From Spirochaetia bacterium (lineage in GTDB: Bacteria; Spirochaetota; Spirochaetia; DSM-2461): DNA of 64,000 nucleotides. The stretch is from assembly GCA_963668315.1 (NCBI GenBank), contig OY764216.1:2016001-2080000 (forward strand). The letters run 5' to 3'. The notes under the pieces were generated by a model. It ran no database searches. It was not told the origin of the DNA and was given only the letters and a program-made list of their open reading frames with translations. Positions 37,707 through 48,009 of the stretch are shown piece after piece (the stretch's first letter is position 1; every line of letters begins with the position of its first letter). The position numbers and the translations under genes are program-made.

Positions 37707-37983
37707 AAAACCTCCCATAATTTTATGTGAAAGATTTAAAAAGTAAACAGATGTAAACATAAAGATTAATAAAAGTCAACCGTTTACAAATTAGGAGTCG
37801 TTTCAGATCAGAAAATGCGTTGGATTGTGAGTCGCGGGGAATGATCAACCTTTGCTAAGGAATAGAAAAGGAGAACCGGTCTTTGATGATTTATTCTCAT
37901 ATCCCAAATAACACTGACCACTCTTAAATAATATTAAAATCCTTGAGACTGATATAATTCCGAATGGAAGAATGATTGGCCGA

Positions 37984-38838
37984 TCATAATTTCTCGTGAG
38001 TCAGAATATGCAGAACCGACTGGATATGAAAATCGATTCGGTCTTCCATCCATCCGTATTTGCTGCTCTCTATCGTCGTTACATATTCCGTATCATAGAG
38101 GAAGTAATTTGAGAAGGCCGATCGGTCCAGTCTTCTTCCCAGAACGATAATCAGTCTGTTCAGATAAATTATTCCCCTGCGGGCTCTGATATAACCCATA
38201 TACCTCGTGTCATTCTCAAAGGGGAAATTATCCTCATTTTCATTTATGAACTCTTCCATGAGAGCTCTCATCTCCCGGGTATATACAAAATAGTAATTTC
38301 CCCATGTATTTGATTCATGAAGATCGATAGCTATCACCGGATTGATGTCTTTAATATAGTCGAGGAGGATTTGTGCTTCCTGGGTCTCAACCTTCCCGGG
38401 AGAAAAATCCCGGTTTATTTCCATCCCGTCGTAGTTATACCGGACGCCCTTTATCCAGCCCCACGGGTTAACAACGGGTATAATGTAGTAATTATAGGAT
38501 TTCAGATCTCCGCGGCTATCCAGTATCTGAAGCAGCTTGAGATTAGCCGCCACGCTTGCCGGCTCTGTTCCATGGACTCCCGAGGATATGATGACGTTGT
38601 CCGGTGCGTTATTATCGATTTTCACGCAATAAACGGGGTAGTCCCCGTCGTCATAATGGACGTTTCCGATTATCTCATAATCCCGGGTCGCTAAAACCGC
38701 ACCCACCTCTTCATAATCCCGCTGGGACTGATGGCGAGAGGGGTCCCAATCCTTCCTGCGCTCGGGTATTTAATTCTGAATTACCAGACAGGATAAAAGG
38801 GATAGACTGATTATGAAGAGAAGGGCTGTTTTATGCAT
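37984..38838 (-). pseudogene. M14-family zinc carboxypeptidase / succinylglutamate-desuccinylase-like lipoprotein interrupted by an in-frame TAA
   Basis: ATG at 38838 reads MHKTALLFIISLSLLSCLVIQN*IPERR…, in frame with the 240-aa ORF (GVHGTEP, NPWG, INRDF, IDLHE). Stop at 38772-38770. Confidence 0.75.
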
Positions 38839-39004
38839 CTGTTGCCTTTGACCACCGATTTTCAATAGGATGAAACAATCTAACATGAACATGTGTATAT
38901 TTCAATCCGTCCCTCATCCCTCCTTTAGACAGACTTGTTTTTTCCCCTTCCATAGAACTCTTTCTGCGTCTATAATATAAGAATATAAAGCAGAAGGATA
39001 ACCT

Positions 39005-40309
39005 TTGGATAATATATTCGTTGAACTGGAAGCCCGCGATATTCTCTCTCTTAAATGCGAGAGGGCGCTTCTTATAGAGATACAGGAGGCCGATGAAAGC
39101 TCCTCCGAGGCGGAGTCTCACTTAAGAGAGCTTGAGAGCCTGACCATGACCATGGGAATTCCCAGTGTGGAATCGGTCATAATAAAGCCACGGGAGAAAA
39201 AATCCGGCTGGCTTCTGGGAAAGGGCAAGCTGGAGGAACTGGCCGAACAGGCCGATGAAGCAGAGGCGGATCTTCTGGTCTTTGATACCGATCTGACTCC
39301 CACCCAGCAGAGGAACCTGGAAAGATTTTTCAACCTCTGCGTCATAGACCGACAGGAAGTCATTCTGGATATTTTCGCCGACCGGGCCTCCACCCGTGAG
39401 GCGACCCTCCAGGTGGCCCTGGCCCGGATGGAGTACTCCCTTCCCCGGCTCACCCGGGCGTGGACCCATCTGTCCCGTCAGCGGGGCGGCGCCAAGGGAA
39501 CCAGAGGAAAGGGAGAGACCCAGCTGGAGACGGACCGCCGAATGGTCCAGAATCGCATCTCCAAGCTTAAGAAAGAGCTGGAAAAGGTCAAACAGACCCG
39601 CAATCTGCAAAGGAAGAAACGTTCCGAACGGCCCGTTCCCTCCATCGCCATCGTGGGATATACAAACGCGGGCAAATCATCTTTGCTCAACGGCATCACC
39701 GGGTCCGACGTCCTGGTGGAGGATAAGCTTTTCGCCACCCTGGATCCCACGTCCCGCCGGCTGAAAATGGAAGGGGGCAGGGAAGTGATCCTTACCGATA
39801 CGGTCGGGTTCGTCCGCAAGCTGCCCCATAATCTCGTGGATGCCTTCCATTCCACCCTGGAAGAAGCGGTGCTGGCCGATCTGATCGTCCATGTGGTGGA
39901 CGGCTCCTCTTCGGAGTATAAAAGCCATATAGTCACGACCCGGGAAGTTCTGGGCGATCTGGGCGCCTCCAGGGTTCCCCGGCTCCTGGTTTTCAATAAA
40001 ATGGATCTGAGCGGCGCCGTGGAGAAGAGACAGGAGCTGGAAATTGCCTATCCCGAAGCCCTTTTCATATCGGTCCATGGAGAGTTGGGGCTGGAGGAGC
40101 TGGAGGCCGAAATCAGCCGCCGCCTGGATGAACTGCAGCAGCTTACGTCTCTGCTGATCCCCGCCGACCGGTGGGATCTTGTCGCCCAGCTGCACAGAAC
40201 CTGCACCGTATCTTCGGAAGACTATGTGGACGAAGGAATTCTGGTGGAAGCCTGGCTTAACGGGAAAGACCGGAATCAGTACAGCCGATATATTTGTTCT
40301 GACAAGTAA
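39005..40309 (+). CDS. hflX: Ribosome-splitting GTPase HflX
   Basis: GKGETQLETDRR, VGYTNAGKSSL, LFATLDP, DTVGF, NKMD. Confidence 0.97.
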   Translation: MDNIFVELEARDILSLKCERALLIEIQEADESSSEAESHLRELESLTMTMGIPSVESVIIKPREKKSGWLLGKGKLEELAEQADEAEADLLVFDTDLTPTQQRNLERFFNLCVIDRQEVILDIFADRASTREATLQVALARMEYSLPRLTRAWTHLSRQRGGAKGTRGKGETQLETDRRMVQNRISKLKKELEKVKQTRNLQRKKRSERPVPSIAIVGYTNAGKSSLLNGITGSDVLVEDKLFATLDPTSRRLKMEGGREVILTDTVGFVRKLPHNLVDAFHSTLEEAVLADLIVHVVDGSSSEYKSHIVTTREVLGDLGASRVPRLLVFNKMDLSGAVEKRQELEIAYPEALFISVHGELGLEELEAEISRRLDELQQLTSLLIPADRWDLVAQLHRTCTVSSEDYVDEGILVEAWLNGKDRNQYSRYICSDK

Positions 40310-40357
40310 AATCAGAGGGGGAAGACGCCGATAATGAGAAAAAGACAGGGAGAACAT

Positions 40358-41572
40358 ATGCCTAGGAAACCTCTTATCAAGCGTCTCATTCCACCCGTAT
40401 TCGTGTTTGTCCTGCTGACGACCTGTACGCTGCCCCATCAGCCCGAACCGGTTCTGGAAAAGGAAGTCCTTCCCTCGGCTGCAGTCGAAAGCAACCTCTC
40501 ACGGGAAACCAGGGGCGAGCTGATCCGGGGAGACAATCTTCTGGATATGATTCTTCGGGAAGGGATAGAATACGAACTGGCCAACGAACTTGTTCTGGCG
40601 GTGGCTCCCCATGTGGATATGGTCAGGCTTCAGCCGGGACAGCAGGGATTCTTCACCTACGGCGCCGTAGGGGAACTGACGAAATTCCAGCTTGAGGAGA
40701 GCGACGGGAGCCTTGTTGAGGCACAGATCACCGAAGAAGGGATTCAGGTCGTCATTCGCAACCCCCTGCTAACCACCAGAATCCGTCTGGTTAAGGGCAC
40801 GGTTGACTCCAGCCTTTATAACGCCGCGGTGGACTGCGGCATGCCCCTTTCCCTATTTATGGATATGATTCAGCTCTTCTCCTTCGATGTGGACTTTCAG
40901 AGGGATATCTACCGGGGCGACTATTTCGAAGCCGCCTATGAGGAAATTTATAATGAGAGGGGCGAAGTCGTAGATTACGGCGAAATCGTTCTGGCCAGGA
41001 TCTATACACGGGGCGCCTCGGAAGAGCATATCTGCTACCGCTACGTCAAACTGGACGGTACCCGTGACTGGTATGACGACGAAGGGAACACGGTCCGGAA
41101 GGAACTTCTCAAAACCCCCGTCAACGGCGCCTACATCTCGTCGGGATTCGGCACCCGGGTCAGTCCCATTTCGGGGTTCACCCACAAGCACAAGGGCGTG
41201 GATTTCGCCGCGCCCCGGGGCACCCCCATTATGGCGTCGGGAAACGGGGTTATCACCCTTATCGGCTGGAGCGATGTTTACGGCTGGTATATCAAACTGC
41301 GCCATACGAACGGCTACGAAACGCTGTACGGGCATATGAGCGCCTTCGCCGCGGGCATGCGCAAGGGCTCCGTTGTCGATCAGGGCCAGACTATTGGCTA
41401 TGTCGGTTCCACCGGCCAGTCCACCGGGCCGCACTGCCATTACGAAATTATCTATTACGGAACGAAAATCAATCCGGCAACGGTGAAATTCCCTCCCGGA
41501 GAGTCCCTCAAGGGGGATAACCTGGAGCTTTTCCAGCTGGAGAGAAAATCATTAATTTCATCATTTTTCTGA
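40358..41572 (+). CDS. M23-family peptidoglycan endopeptidase (MepM-like)
   Basis: HKGVDFAAPRGTP, YGHM, STGPHCHYE. Confidence 0.92.
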   Translation: MPRKPLIKRLIPPVFVFVLLTTCTLPHQPEPVLEKEVLPSAAVESNLSRETRGELIRGDNLLDMILREGIEYELANELVLAVAPHVDMVRLQPGQQGFFTYGAVGELTKFQLEESDGSLVEAQITEEGIQVVIRNPLLTTRIRLVKGTVDSSLYNAAVDCGMPLSLFMDMIQLFSFDVDFQRDIYRGDYFEAAYEEIYNERGEVVDYGEIVLARIYTRGASEEHICYRYVKLDGTRDWYDDEGNTVRKELLKTPVNGAYISSGFGTRVSPISGFTHKHKGVDFAAPRGTPIMASGNGVITLIGWSDVYGWYIKLRHTNGYETLYGHMSAFAAGMRKGSVVDQGQTIGYVGSTGQSTGPHCHYEIIYYGTKINPATVKFPPGESLKGDNLELFQLERKSLISSFF

Positions 41573-41603
41573 TAAATCCATTCCACGGAGGTATATTGTT
41601 TTC

Positions 41604-42068
41604 ATGAATACGAGAATATTCACCAAAGGAATTATTCTGGCCGCCCTTATCGGTCTGGCCGGTTGTTCCACCATGATCAGCGAGGAACAGGCTTCGGCAA
41701 AAGCTATAGCCCTGACCGGCCGGGTGAACCGGGGCGAAGCCGACACCCTTACCGGAACGTCATCCCGCCCTTTCCTGTTCGAGAGCGAAATCCTCCCCTC
41801 CGAGGCCATGCTCAACGACCTCTGGCAGGGACTGATCGATGCGGGGGTTACCTTTGACAATCCCCAGGTCAGGGAAGTCCGCGTGGTGGACGGGGATAGT
41901 TTCCGTGTCTTCGCCGATACCTGGGAAGTGGAAACCTGGTTCAAAAATTATGTGAAAGATCCGGCCTACCTGGTATTCCTCGATACGGAAGATCAGCAGC
42001 TTGTTCTCGTGCTGGACAGAAATAAAAAGAATTCCCGGCCGATTATGGGATTCGGGGAGCGGCGGTAA
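41604..42068 (+). CDS. Hypothetical lipoprotein
   Basis: Lipobox LAGC; TAATG overlap with the next gene. Confidence 0.7.
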   Translation: MNTRIFTKGIILAALIGLAGCSTMISEEQASAKAIALTGRVNRGEADTLTGTSSRPFLFESEILPSEAMLNDLWQGLIDAGVTFDNPQVREVRVVDGDSFRVFADTWEVETWFKNYVKDPAYLVFLDTEDQQLVLVLDRNKKNSRPIMGFGERR

Positions 42069-43090
42069 TGAAAAAATTATTAATACTGATGTTTTTCAGC
42101 CTTCTGGCCCTGTCTCTTTTCTCCCTGACCGGGGAGATCGTCTATCTGGAAGGAGCGGTGGACATAAAACCCAATGGAGGCGAACTGGAGTGGGCCGACT
42201 TCGGTACCCCCGTCGCCGAAGGGGACTCCATCATCACCGGAATGGACGGCTACTGCGAAGTGGAGCTGGAAGGCGGCTCCACCGTGACCATAAGGGAAGA
42301 CACGGTCTTCTCCTTCGGACGGGGCAGCGTGGGGGGCGGCGAGGCTCAGAACGTCTTCAGCTGCGCCATGGGACAGATCTCCTATAAGTTCAGCAATCTC
42401 AAAGACGAGCCCGTCATCACGACCCCCTCCGCCGCCTGCGGCATACGGGGGACCGCCTTTACCGTAATGACCGGCGCCGACGGCTCCTCCCTCTTTGTCG
42501 TCTCCGAAGGAGAAGTGGAAGTGGAAGTGGAATCCATGGGGCGCCGGGTCTCTCTGACCCTGGACGAAGCGGTGGAAGTCTCCTCCGGCGAAGCGCCCGG
42601 TGCGAAATACCCCGTCCTTTCGGGCAGCCTCGATTACGCCGGCTGGCTGGAAAAAGCCGAAGCCTCCGCCCTGGCCGACCCGGTGGGAACCGTGGAAGAC
42701 CTGACCGATAAGCTGATTTTCTATATTTCCGAGATGGATAGGTATCAGGCTCTATGGGATAAGGGTATGGCCGAGATGGATATCATGCTGACCGATGTTA
42801 AAAAACTTCAGGCCGATGGAAAGGATTTCGAAGCGGACGATCTTTATAAGAATAAATATCAGCCCCTGAGGAAGAATGTGGCCGGTTTCAGTTTGAATGT
42901 TCGGTATTATTCTTTGTCGGCTCTGTCTCTCAGAAGATATACTCTCGGAAGACTGTATGTGAAGCTGAGAGCCGCTCATTTTAAAGAAAGCAGTGATAGT
43001 TACGAAAGATTTTTAAAAGTCTATGATGATTTCATAGAAGAGTATAACACAATTTGTGTCGAACCCTATCTGGTCGATGCAGACATCTAA
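42068..43090 (+). CDS. FecR-domain secreted protein with C-terminal helical region
   Basis: Signal peptide; EGDSIITG.DG, TPSAACGIRGTAF, VSEGEV FecR motifs. Confidence 0.8.
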   Translation: MKKLLILMFFSLLALSLFSLTGEIVYLEGAVDIKPNGGELEWADFGTPVAEGDSIITGMDGYCEVELEGGSTVTIREDTVFSFGRGSVGGGEAQNVFSCAMGQISYKFSNLKDEPVITTPSAACGIRGTAFTVMTGADGSSLFVVSEGEVEVEVESMGRRVSLTLDEAVEVSSGEAPGAKYPVLSGSLDYAGWLEKAEASALADPVGTVEDLTDKLIFYISEMDRYQALWDKGMAEMDIMLTDVKKLQADGKDFEADDLYKNKYQPLRKNVAGFSLNVRYYSLSALSLRRYTLGRLYVKLRAAHFKESSDSYERFLKVYDDFIEEYNTICVEPYLVDADI

Positions 43091-43104
43091 GGGAGGTATT
43101 TTCC

Positions 43105-43506
43105 ATGAAAACGTTTATTAAAATCATAATACTTGCGGGTATTACAGCCATTGCTCTGGCGGGTTGTAATATGGGTGATGTTCAGTCAAAAGAGGAGTGT
43201 CTGGAAGACTTTTTCGGAAAGGCTCAGTCCAGTCAGTGGACTTCCATGTATGAGGAAATCCATCCGGATAATCCTAATCGGGATTCCTATAAAAGCGGAA
43301 CTTTATTTAATACGCTTTATAATCCTGAAGTAACATATTCCATAGTTTCAAAGAGTGGTGATACCTATACTGTCAATGTTAATCCCGATGGATACGGTTC
43401 TGCCCAGGAGATTTTTGTATTTCGTGCCGAGGAAGGAGACGGCCTTTTTGAAGGTGATGAGTGGCTGATTTACTCCTTTACTGATTCAACGACAGGTACT
43501 CATTAA
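43105..43506 (+). CDS. Hypothetical lipoprotein
   Basis: GGGAGG SD; lipobox LAGC. Confidence 0.7.
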   Translation: MKTFIKIIILAGITAIALAGCNMGDVQSKEECLEDFFGKAQSSQWTSMYEEIHPDNPNRDSYKSGTLFNTLYNPEVTYSIVSKSGDTYTVNVNPDGYGSAQEIFVFRAEEGDGLFEGDEWLIYSFTDSTTGTH

Positions 43507-43511
43507 GCCCC

Positions 43512-44150
43512 ATGAAAATACATACCATCCCCTCAGGCCCCTTGGAGACAAATACTTTCCTCATTGATAACGGTGAGGGAGAAGCCCTGGTTATCGACGC
43601 CCCTCCCGGCGGTTACGGCGACGTGATGCCTCTGGTCAAAGAGAAGGGGCTCAGAATCAAAGCTCTTCTCCTGACCCACGGCCATTTCGACCATGTGCTG
43701 GATACGGCCCTTTACCAGAAGGACGGGGTGCCCGTTTTTGTTCACCGCGATTCGGAACAGATGGTCCGCGATCCGGCGGCGTGGATGCCCTTTCCTTTTC
43801 CCGGTATGGAGCTGCAGACCCTGGAGTGGGGGAGCGGCGACCATATTCTGGAAAGCGAGGGGGAGTGGAGCCTGGCCGGTATCAAGGTCAGGGTTCTCGT
43901 CGCTCCGGGTCACTGCCCGGGCAGCCTGGTCTTCCATATGCCCGAAGCGTCGGCCGCCTTTGTGGGTGATGTAATATTTTACCGTTCCGTGGGACGGACC
44001 GATCTCCCCGGAGGCGATACGGCCACTCTGATCGGTTCCATAAGCTCAAAGATTATGACTCTCCCCGAGGGAACTCTGCTTCACCCCGGCCATGGTCCGC
44101 TGACTCTTGTGGAAGAGGAAAGGGAATATAACCCCTATATTAACGGCTAA
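43512..44150 (+). CDS. MBL-fold metallo-hydrolase (glyoxalase II-like)
   Basis: THGHFDH, PGHCPG, GD, GRTDLPGG, PGHG. Confidence 0.9.
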   Translation: MKIHTIPSGPLETNTFLIDNGEGEALVIDAPPGGYGDVMPLVKEKGLRIKALLLTHGHFDHVLDTALYQKDGVPVFVHRDSEQMVRDPAAWMPFPFPGMELQTLEWGSGDHILESEGEWSLAGIKVRVLVAPGHCPGSLVFHMPEASAAFVGDVIFYRSVGRTDLPGGDTATLIGSISSKIMTLPEGTLLHPGHGPLTLVEEEREYNPYING

Positions 44151-44238
44151 GTCGTATTTCTGCCATTCCGCATCGCCTGGACGCTTGCGAACTTCATAAT
44201 TGACCCATTCTCTCCCGTGCCCTATAATAAGGAGCAAT

Positions 44239-45951
44239 ATGATCGAAAACAGGACCCTATCTACTTTTTCCTATTCGGAGCTTAATGATTATGCCGGCTT
44301 GAAAGAAAGCATCTATCAGGAAGTGAAGAGCCAGATGATTACCGAGCTTTACCGCTTCGCCGACAGAAAGCTGGGCATCAAGACCGAAGAGGATATCAAG
44401 AACCATGTCTATGACAGACAGCAGGTGACCACTCAGCTTTTTCTGGCCCTGGGGAAATTCAACCGGGATTTTCCCGATCTGGATACGCTCTACTTCGCCA
44501 AGCCCCGGGCCATTTTCCTTTCCGTGGAACTCTCCCTGGAGGAGGCGGCCACTATTCTCAAGGAGAAGGAGCATCTGGATGTCTTTCCCGATGAATCGTT
44601 CAGAAAGATCCTGGAGGACTATGCCGCGTCGGTGCAGCAGCGGGTCAAGTTCATTCAGTTCCGCAACAGAGCCAAAGAGGTCCTGAAGACGATCAAGCTT
44701 GATCTGTTCACGATCAATCTGATTTCCATGTATATGTTCGAGAAGCAGGACGCTTCCTGGGATATCCGGGATCTGGACGCCTTTTACAATCAGGATTACG
44801 GCTATGAGGTAGCCAAGCTGATTTCCGAGATCTTCCTGCGATTCGTTCAGCTCTACGAACTGCAGAATGATGCGAGTTCCTCCCTGGACGACCGTATGAA
44901 GGTGGAGCAGGAGCTTATCCGCGAGATAGACGGCAGAATTTTCGTTTATCTTCCCCAGGAAAGGGAGAAGCTTTTCGACCGTATCCGCCGCATTATCCGC
45001 ACCGGGTACACCCTTACCGAGTTGAACAGAAAAATCCGTGCCGGCTCTCCCGCTGTCAAGGCGGTAGCCCTTTCCGATCTGAAGGAGATTATCGGCAAGA
45101 AGGATTATGCCGTCCTTATCGACGGTTTCCTTTTTGAAGATATCTTTACAACCGCCATGGACGGTCTTGTCGATTTTAAATCAAGGGTCGGGCTGATCCG
45201 GCAGATCGTCATGGGATTTCTTGAGGGTATTTACGATGTCCGGGTTTATGCCCAGGCTATCATCTATTTTTATACTCCTTCCGAGAAGAATCATAATCAC
45301 AGCTACTACAAGATGCTGGGAGCGGCCTGTCTCAAAAGCAAGGAGTTCATTCCCTATTTTACCGATCTGATTATCGGTTTCAGGGATATCCTGAATAAGG
45401 CCTGGAAAGAGCCTGAATTCACCTTGCCCTTTCCCGTTCTCATGTATACCTGGCGGCTTTTTGAGTTCATGCTTAAATTTCTCATGACCAGCCTGCAGGA
45501 GATGACCGATGTCACGAAGGTCTGCGAGATGAGCTTTAATCAGGTGTTCATCTACAATATCACCCGAAGGCCTGTCTCCGTTACCTATTCGGAACCCCGG
45601 AAGCAGAGTTTTGAGAAAATCATCGCCCATAAATACTCCACCGCCGATATCTATATTCCCCGTTCGAGTGTGGAAAAGCACTGTCCCGCTCTCATGAATT
45701 CCCACTTTGAAACGGTGGATAATCTGTTTATGAAGCTGAAGGACAATGTTTCCTACAAGGAGAACATCACCCTAAAGAAACTGGTTCTCTATAACAGGGA
45801 AGACCTCTCGCTCTGGCTGCAGAGAACGCGGCTTCAGAAAATCAGCGAGAGTGAATTCCTCAAGAAGAGTCTTTCCGAAGAGATTGCCGAACTGGAAAAT
45901 TTTCCCACCGAACTGGACGAGGAGCTGGAAATCCTTATCGGGGAGGATTGA
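44239..45951 (+). CDS. Hypothetical alpha-helical cytoplasmic protein
   Basis: Long ORF with host-like codon use; TATAAT and AAGGAG SD upstream; no motif recognised. Confidence 0.75.
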   Translation: MIENRTLSTFSYSELNDYAGLKESIYQEVKSQMITELYRFADRKLGIKTEEDIKNHVYDRQQVTTQLFLALGKFNRDFPDLDTLYFAKPRAIFLSVELSLEEAATILKEKEHLDVFPDESFRKILEDYAASVQQRVKFIQFRNRAKEVLKTIKLDLFTINLISMYMFEKQDASWDIRDLDAFYNQDYGYEVAKLISEIFLRFVQLYELQNDASSSLDDRMKVEQELIREIDGRIFVYLPQEREKLFDRIRRIIRTGYTLTELNRKIRAGSPAVKAVALSDLKEIIGKKDYAVLIDGFLFEDIFTTAMDGLVDFKSRVGLIRQIVMGFLEGIYDVRVYAQAIIYFYTPSEKNHNHSYYKMLGAACLKSKEFIPYFTDLIIGFRDILNKAWKEPEFTLPFPVLMYTWRLFEFMLKFLMTSLQEMTDVTKVCEMSFNQVFIYNITRRPVSVTYSEPRKQSFEKIIAHKYSTADIYIPRSSVEKHCPALMNSHFETVDNLFMKLKDNVSYKENITLKKLVLYNREDLSLWLQRTRLQKISESEFLKKSLSEEIAELENFPTELDEELEILIGED

Positions 45952-45984
45952 TTCTTTCCCGGGGCGGGGAGACTTTTTTCCGCC

Positions 45985-47907
45985 CTACCGTCTGATATCG
46001 TTTCGGCTGATATTCTTATATTGGGTCGGGGTCAGGCCGGTTTCCCGCTTGAAAAGGGAACTGAAGGAGTTGGGCGTCTGGTATCCCACGTCCATGGCAA
46101 TTTCCGTTACCGATTTTTCCGTCGTATTCAGAAGATGTTTCGCCTGGTTCATCCTTACATTGGTCAGGTACTCCGAATAGGAGTAGCCGCTGCTCTTTCT
46201 GAATATCGATTTGAAATAGGACTCACTGATGCATACCGCGTCGGCCACATCCTTGACCGAAATGGCCTCGGCGAAATGCTCGTCCATGTACTCCTTGGCC
46301 TTCCTGACGATGTTCTTGGATCTATTGGAGTGGGAGTGGGATACAATGTTGATCATCTCTTCCGTGCGGGCTTTCAGCCACTCTATCAATTGGGACTGGC
46401 TTCTGATGATGGCCGACTCGGTGAATAATTTTTCGCTCAGTTCCAGAAGTTTGTCCACGTCGCCTCCGCCGGTCATGGCCGATTCGATCATGGTGCCCAG
46501 CAGTTCATAGATCCTCACCTTCAAAAGGGAATCGGTTTCATCGCCGTATCGGAAGAGAAGGGTAATCAGACGCTGAAGCTCATCCTGGGCTTTTTGGCAG
46601 TCGCCCATCCTGATCGCCGCGAGGAAGGCGTTTCTCTCCTTGAGGGGATACTCCCTCCTTGTTTCGTCTCCCTGGATATCGCTGATATGAATGACCTGGC
46701 CGCCCTCTATGGATTTGGCGTATTCCACGGCGTTTACCGCTTCGTGATAGGATTTTTTAAGATCTTCCAGTCCCGAGTAGCTGCGGCCGATTCCGAAATC
46801 AAAGTTATTCAGGACGGTCAGCGACTCCTTGAGAATTTCGCAGATGCGTATGGTCTCGCTCCGCCCGGAGTCGGGTTTTCCCGAAATGGAGAGACAGATC
46901 CCCAGCATATCCGTGCCCATGGGCATGAGAATGGACTGGTTGGCCCCGAGAATCTTGTCCAGAATCCCCGAGACTTCCCTGTTCAGGGTATCGTTGACGT
47001 CCTTGTAAACGGATGTTTTCCTGCTGCTCCCCGCCGATTCCTTCAGAGCGATGAATGTATTGATATCCCCCGGGATATTGAGAAGCTCCAGCATTTCCGA
47101 AACCTGCTGGTGAAGATGGACATCAATAGAAAGGTCCTGAATCAGGTCTTCCCGTATGTAGGCGATGACCTTCTGCATTCTTCTCCGGTTCTCCTTGATG
47201 TCCAGGGCGACGCCGCTGCCGAGAAAGGAGACGCTGGCCAGGGAACCCACATAATAGATCCACCACTGGTGCAGCAGGGTTCCGCAGAAGAAGGTGAGGG
47301 CGAATATCAGCTTCCCCGTATTATAGAGGTACACCTTTTTAAGGTTGACGTTCTCCTTTTCATCGTAGTTTTTGACCCTTTTAATCTTTCCCGCCGAATC
47401 GATAAAAAGCAGGATGGCGAGGATCAGATACACCCCGTTTGTCACTTCCCTGCCGAAAAAAGGGGCCGAAAAGGACGGAGTGGTGGAGTCGTAAACGGCG
47501 AAATTCCCTATGGAGAAGATGATCCCCGAGCCGGTGGTCGTCAGGGTATTGAAGACGCAGTAGAGGACGCCCAGGAGAAAACCGGGGATCATAAGGGCCC
47601 AGAAGCGGGATTTCCTGTCAGTCTCGGGACGTGAGAAATCCGCCAGGATGACCATGGGAATGGTGACCGCGCTGAAGATGAAGGAACGGATATTGTTGAT
47701 GATCAGGGGAACCGGATGGGCGCCGGACATGATCTGAAAGGGCCTTCCGAAAAGGAAAAAGGAGAAGGAGATGAGGAAAAGGGCGAAATACCCCGTGGAA
47801 ACCGACTTTGATTCCTCAATAAAGACAAAGTAGAGAAAATAAATAAAAAGGATAATTCCCGAAAGGGCGGGTATCAGGATATTTCCGAAAATATCAAGCA
47901 AAGGCAT
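45985..47907 (-). CDS. Membrane-anchored AraC-family transcriptional regulator
   Basis: About 6-7 N-terminal TMs, CdaR/GGDEF-like middle (FGIGRSYSGLEDLKKSYHEA), C-terminal AraC double HTH (…FKRETGLTPTQYK). Confidence 0.88.
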   Translation of the reverse strand: MPLLDIFGNILIPALSGIILFIYFLYFVFIEESKSVSTGYFALFLISFSFFLFGRPFQIMSGAHPVPLIINNIRSFIFSAVTIPMVILADFSRPETDRKSRFWALMIPGFLLGVLYCVFNTLTTTGSGIIFSIGNFAVYDSTTPSFSAPFFGREVTNGVYLILAILLFIDSAGKIKRVKNYDEKENVNLKKVYLYNTGKLIFALTFFCGTLLHQWWIYYVGSLASVSFLGSGVALDIKENRRRMQKVIAYIREDLIQDLSIDVHLHQQVSEMLELLNIPGDINTFIALKESAGSSRKTSVYKDVNDTLNREVSGILDKILGANQSILMPMGTDMLGICLSISGKPDSGRSETIRICEILKESLTVLNNFDFGIGRSYSGLEDLKKSYHEAVNAVEYAKSIEGGQVIHISDIQGDETRREYPLKERNAFLAAIRMGDCQKAQDELQRLITLLFRYGDETDSLLKVRIYELLGTMIESAMTGGGDVDKLLELSEKLFTESAIIRSQSQLIEWLKARTEEMINIVSHSHSNRSKNIVRKAKEYMDEHFAEAISVKDVADAVCISESYFKSIFRKSSGYSYSEYLTNVRMNQAKHLLNTTEKSVTEIAMDVGYQTPNSFSSLFKRETGLTPTQYKNISRNDIRR

Positions 47908-48009
47908 AATGGGTGTAGTATAACACAGAAATACCAAAACAAGGATAAGTTTCTTATGTTCCCTGAAAAGATGAGAAAAAATCTGTTTTTATACCGCTGA
48001 GGCTGCGGG

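Noticed and set aside
38770..38772. Recoding (Sec/Pyl or alternative genetic code) at the peptidase stop
   Set aside because: The codon is TAA rather than TGA or TAG, and TAA terminates many genes normally in this window.
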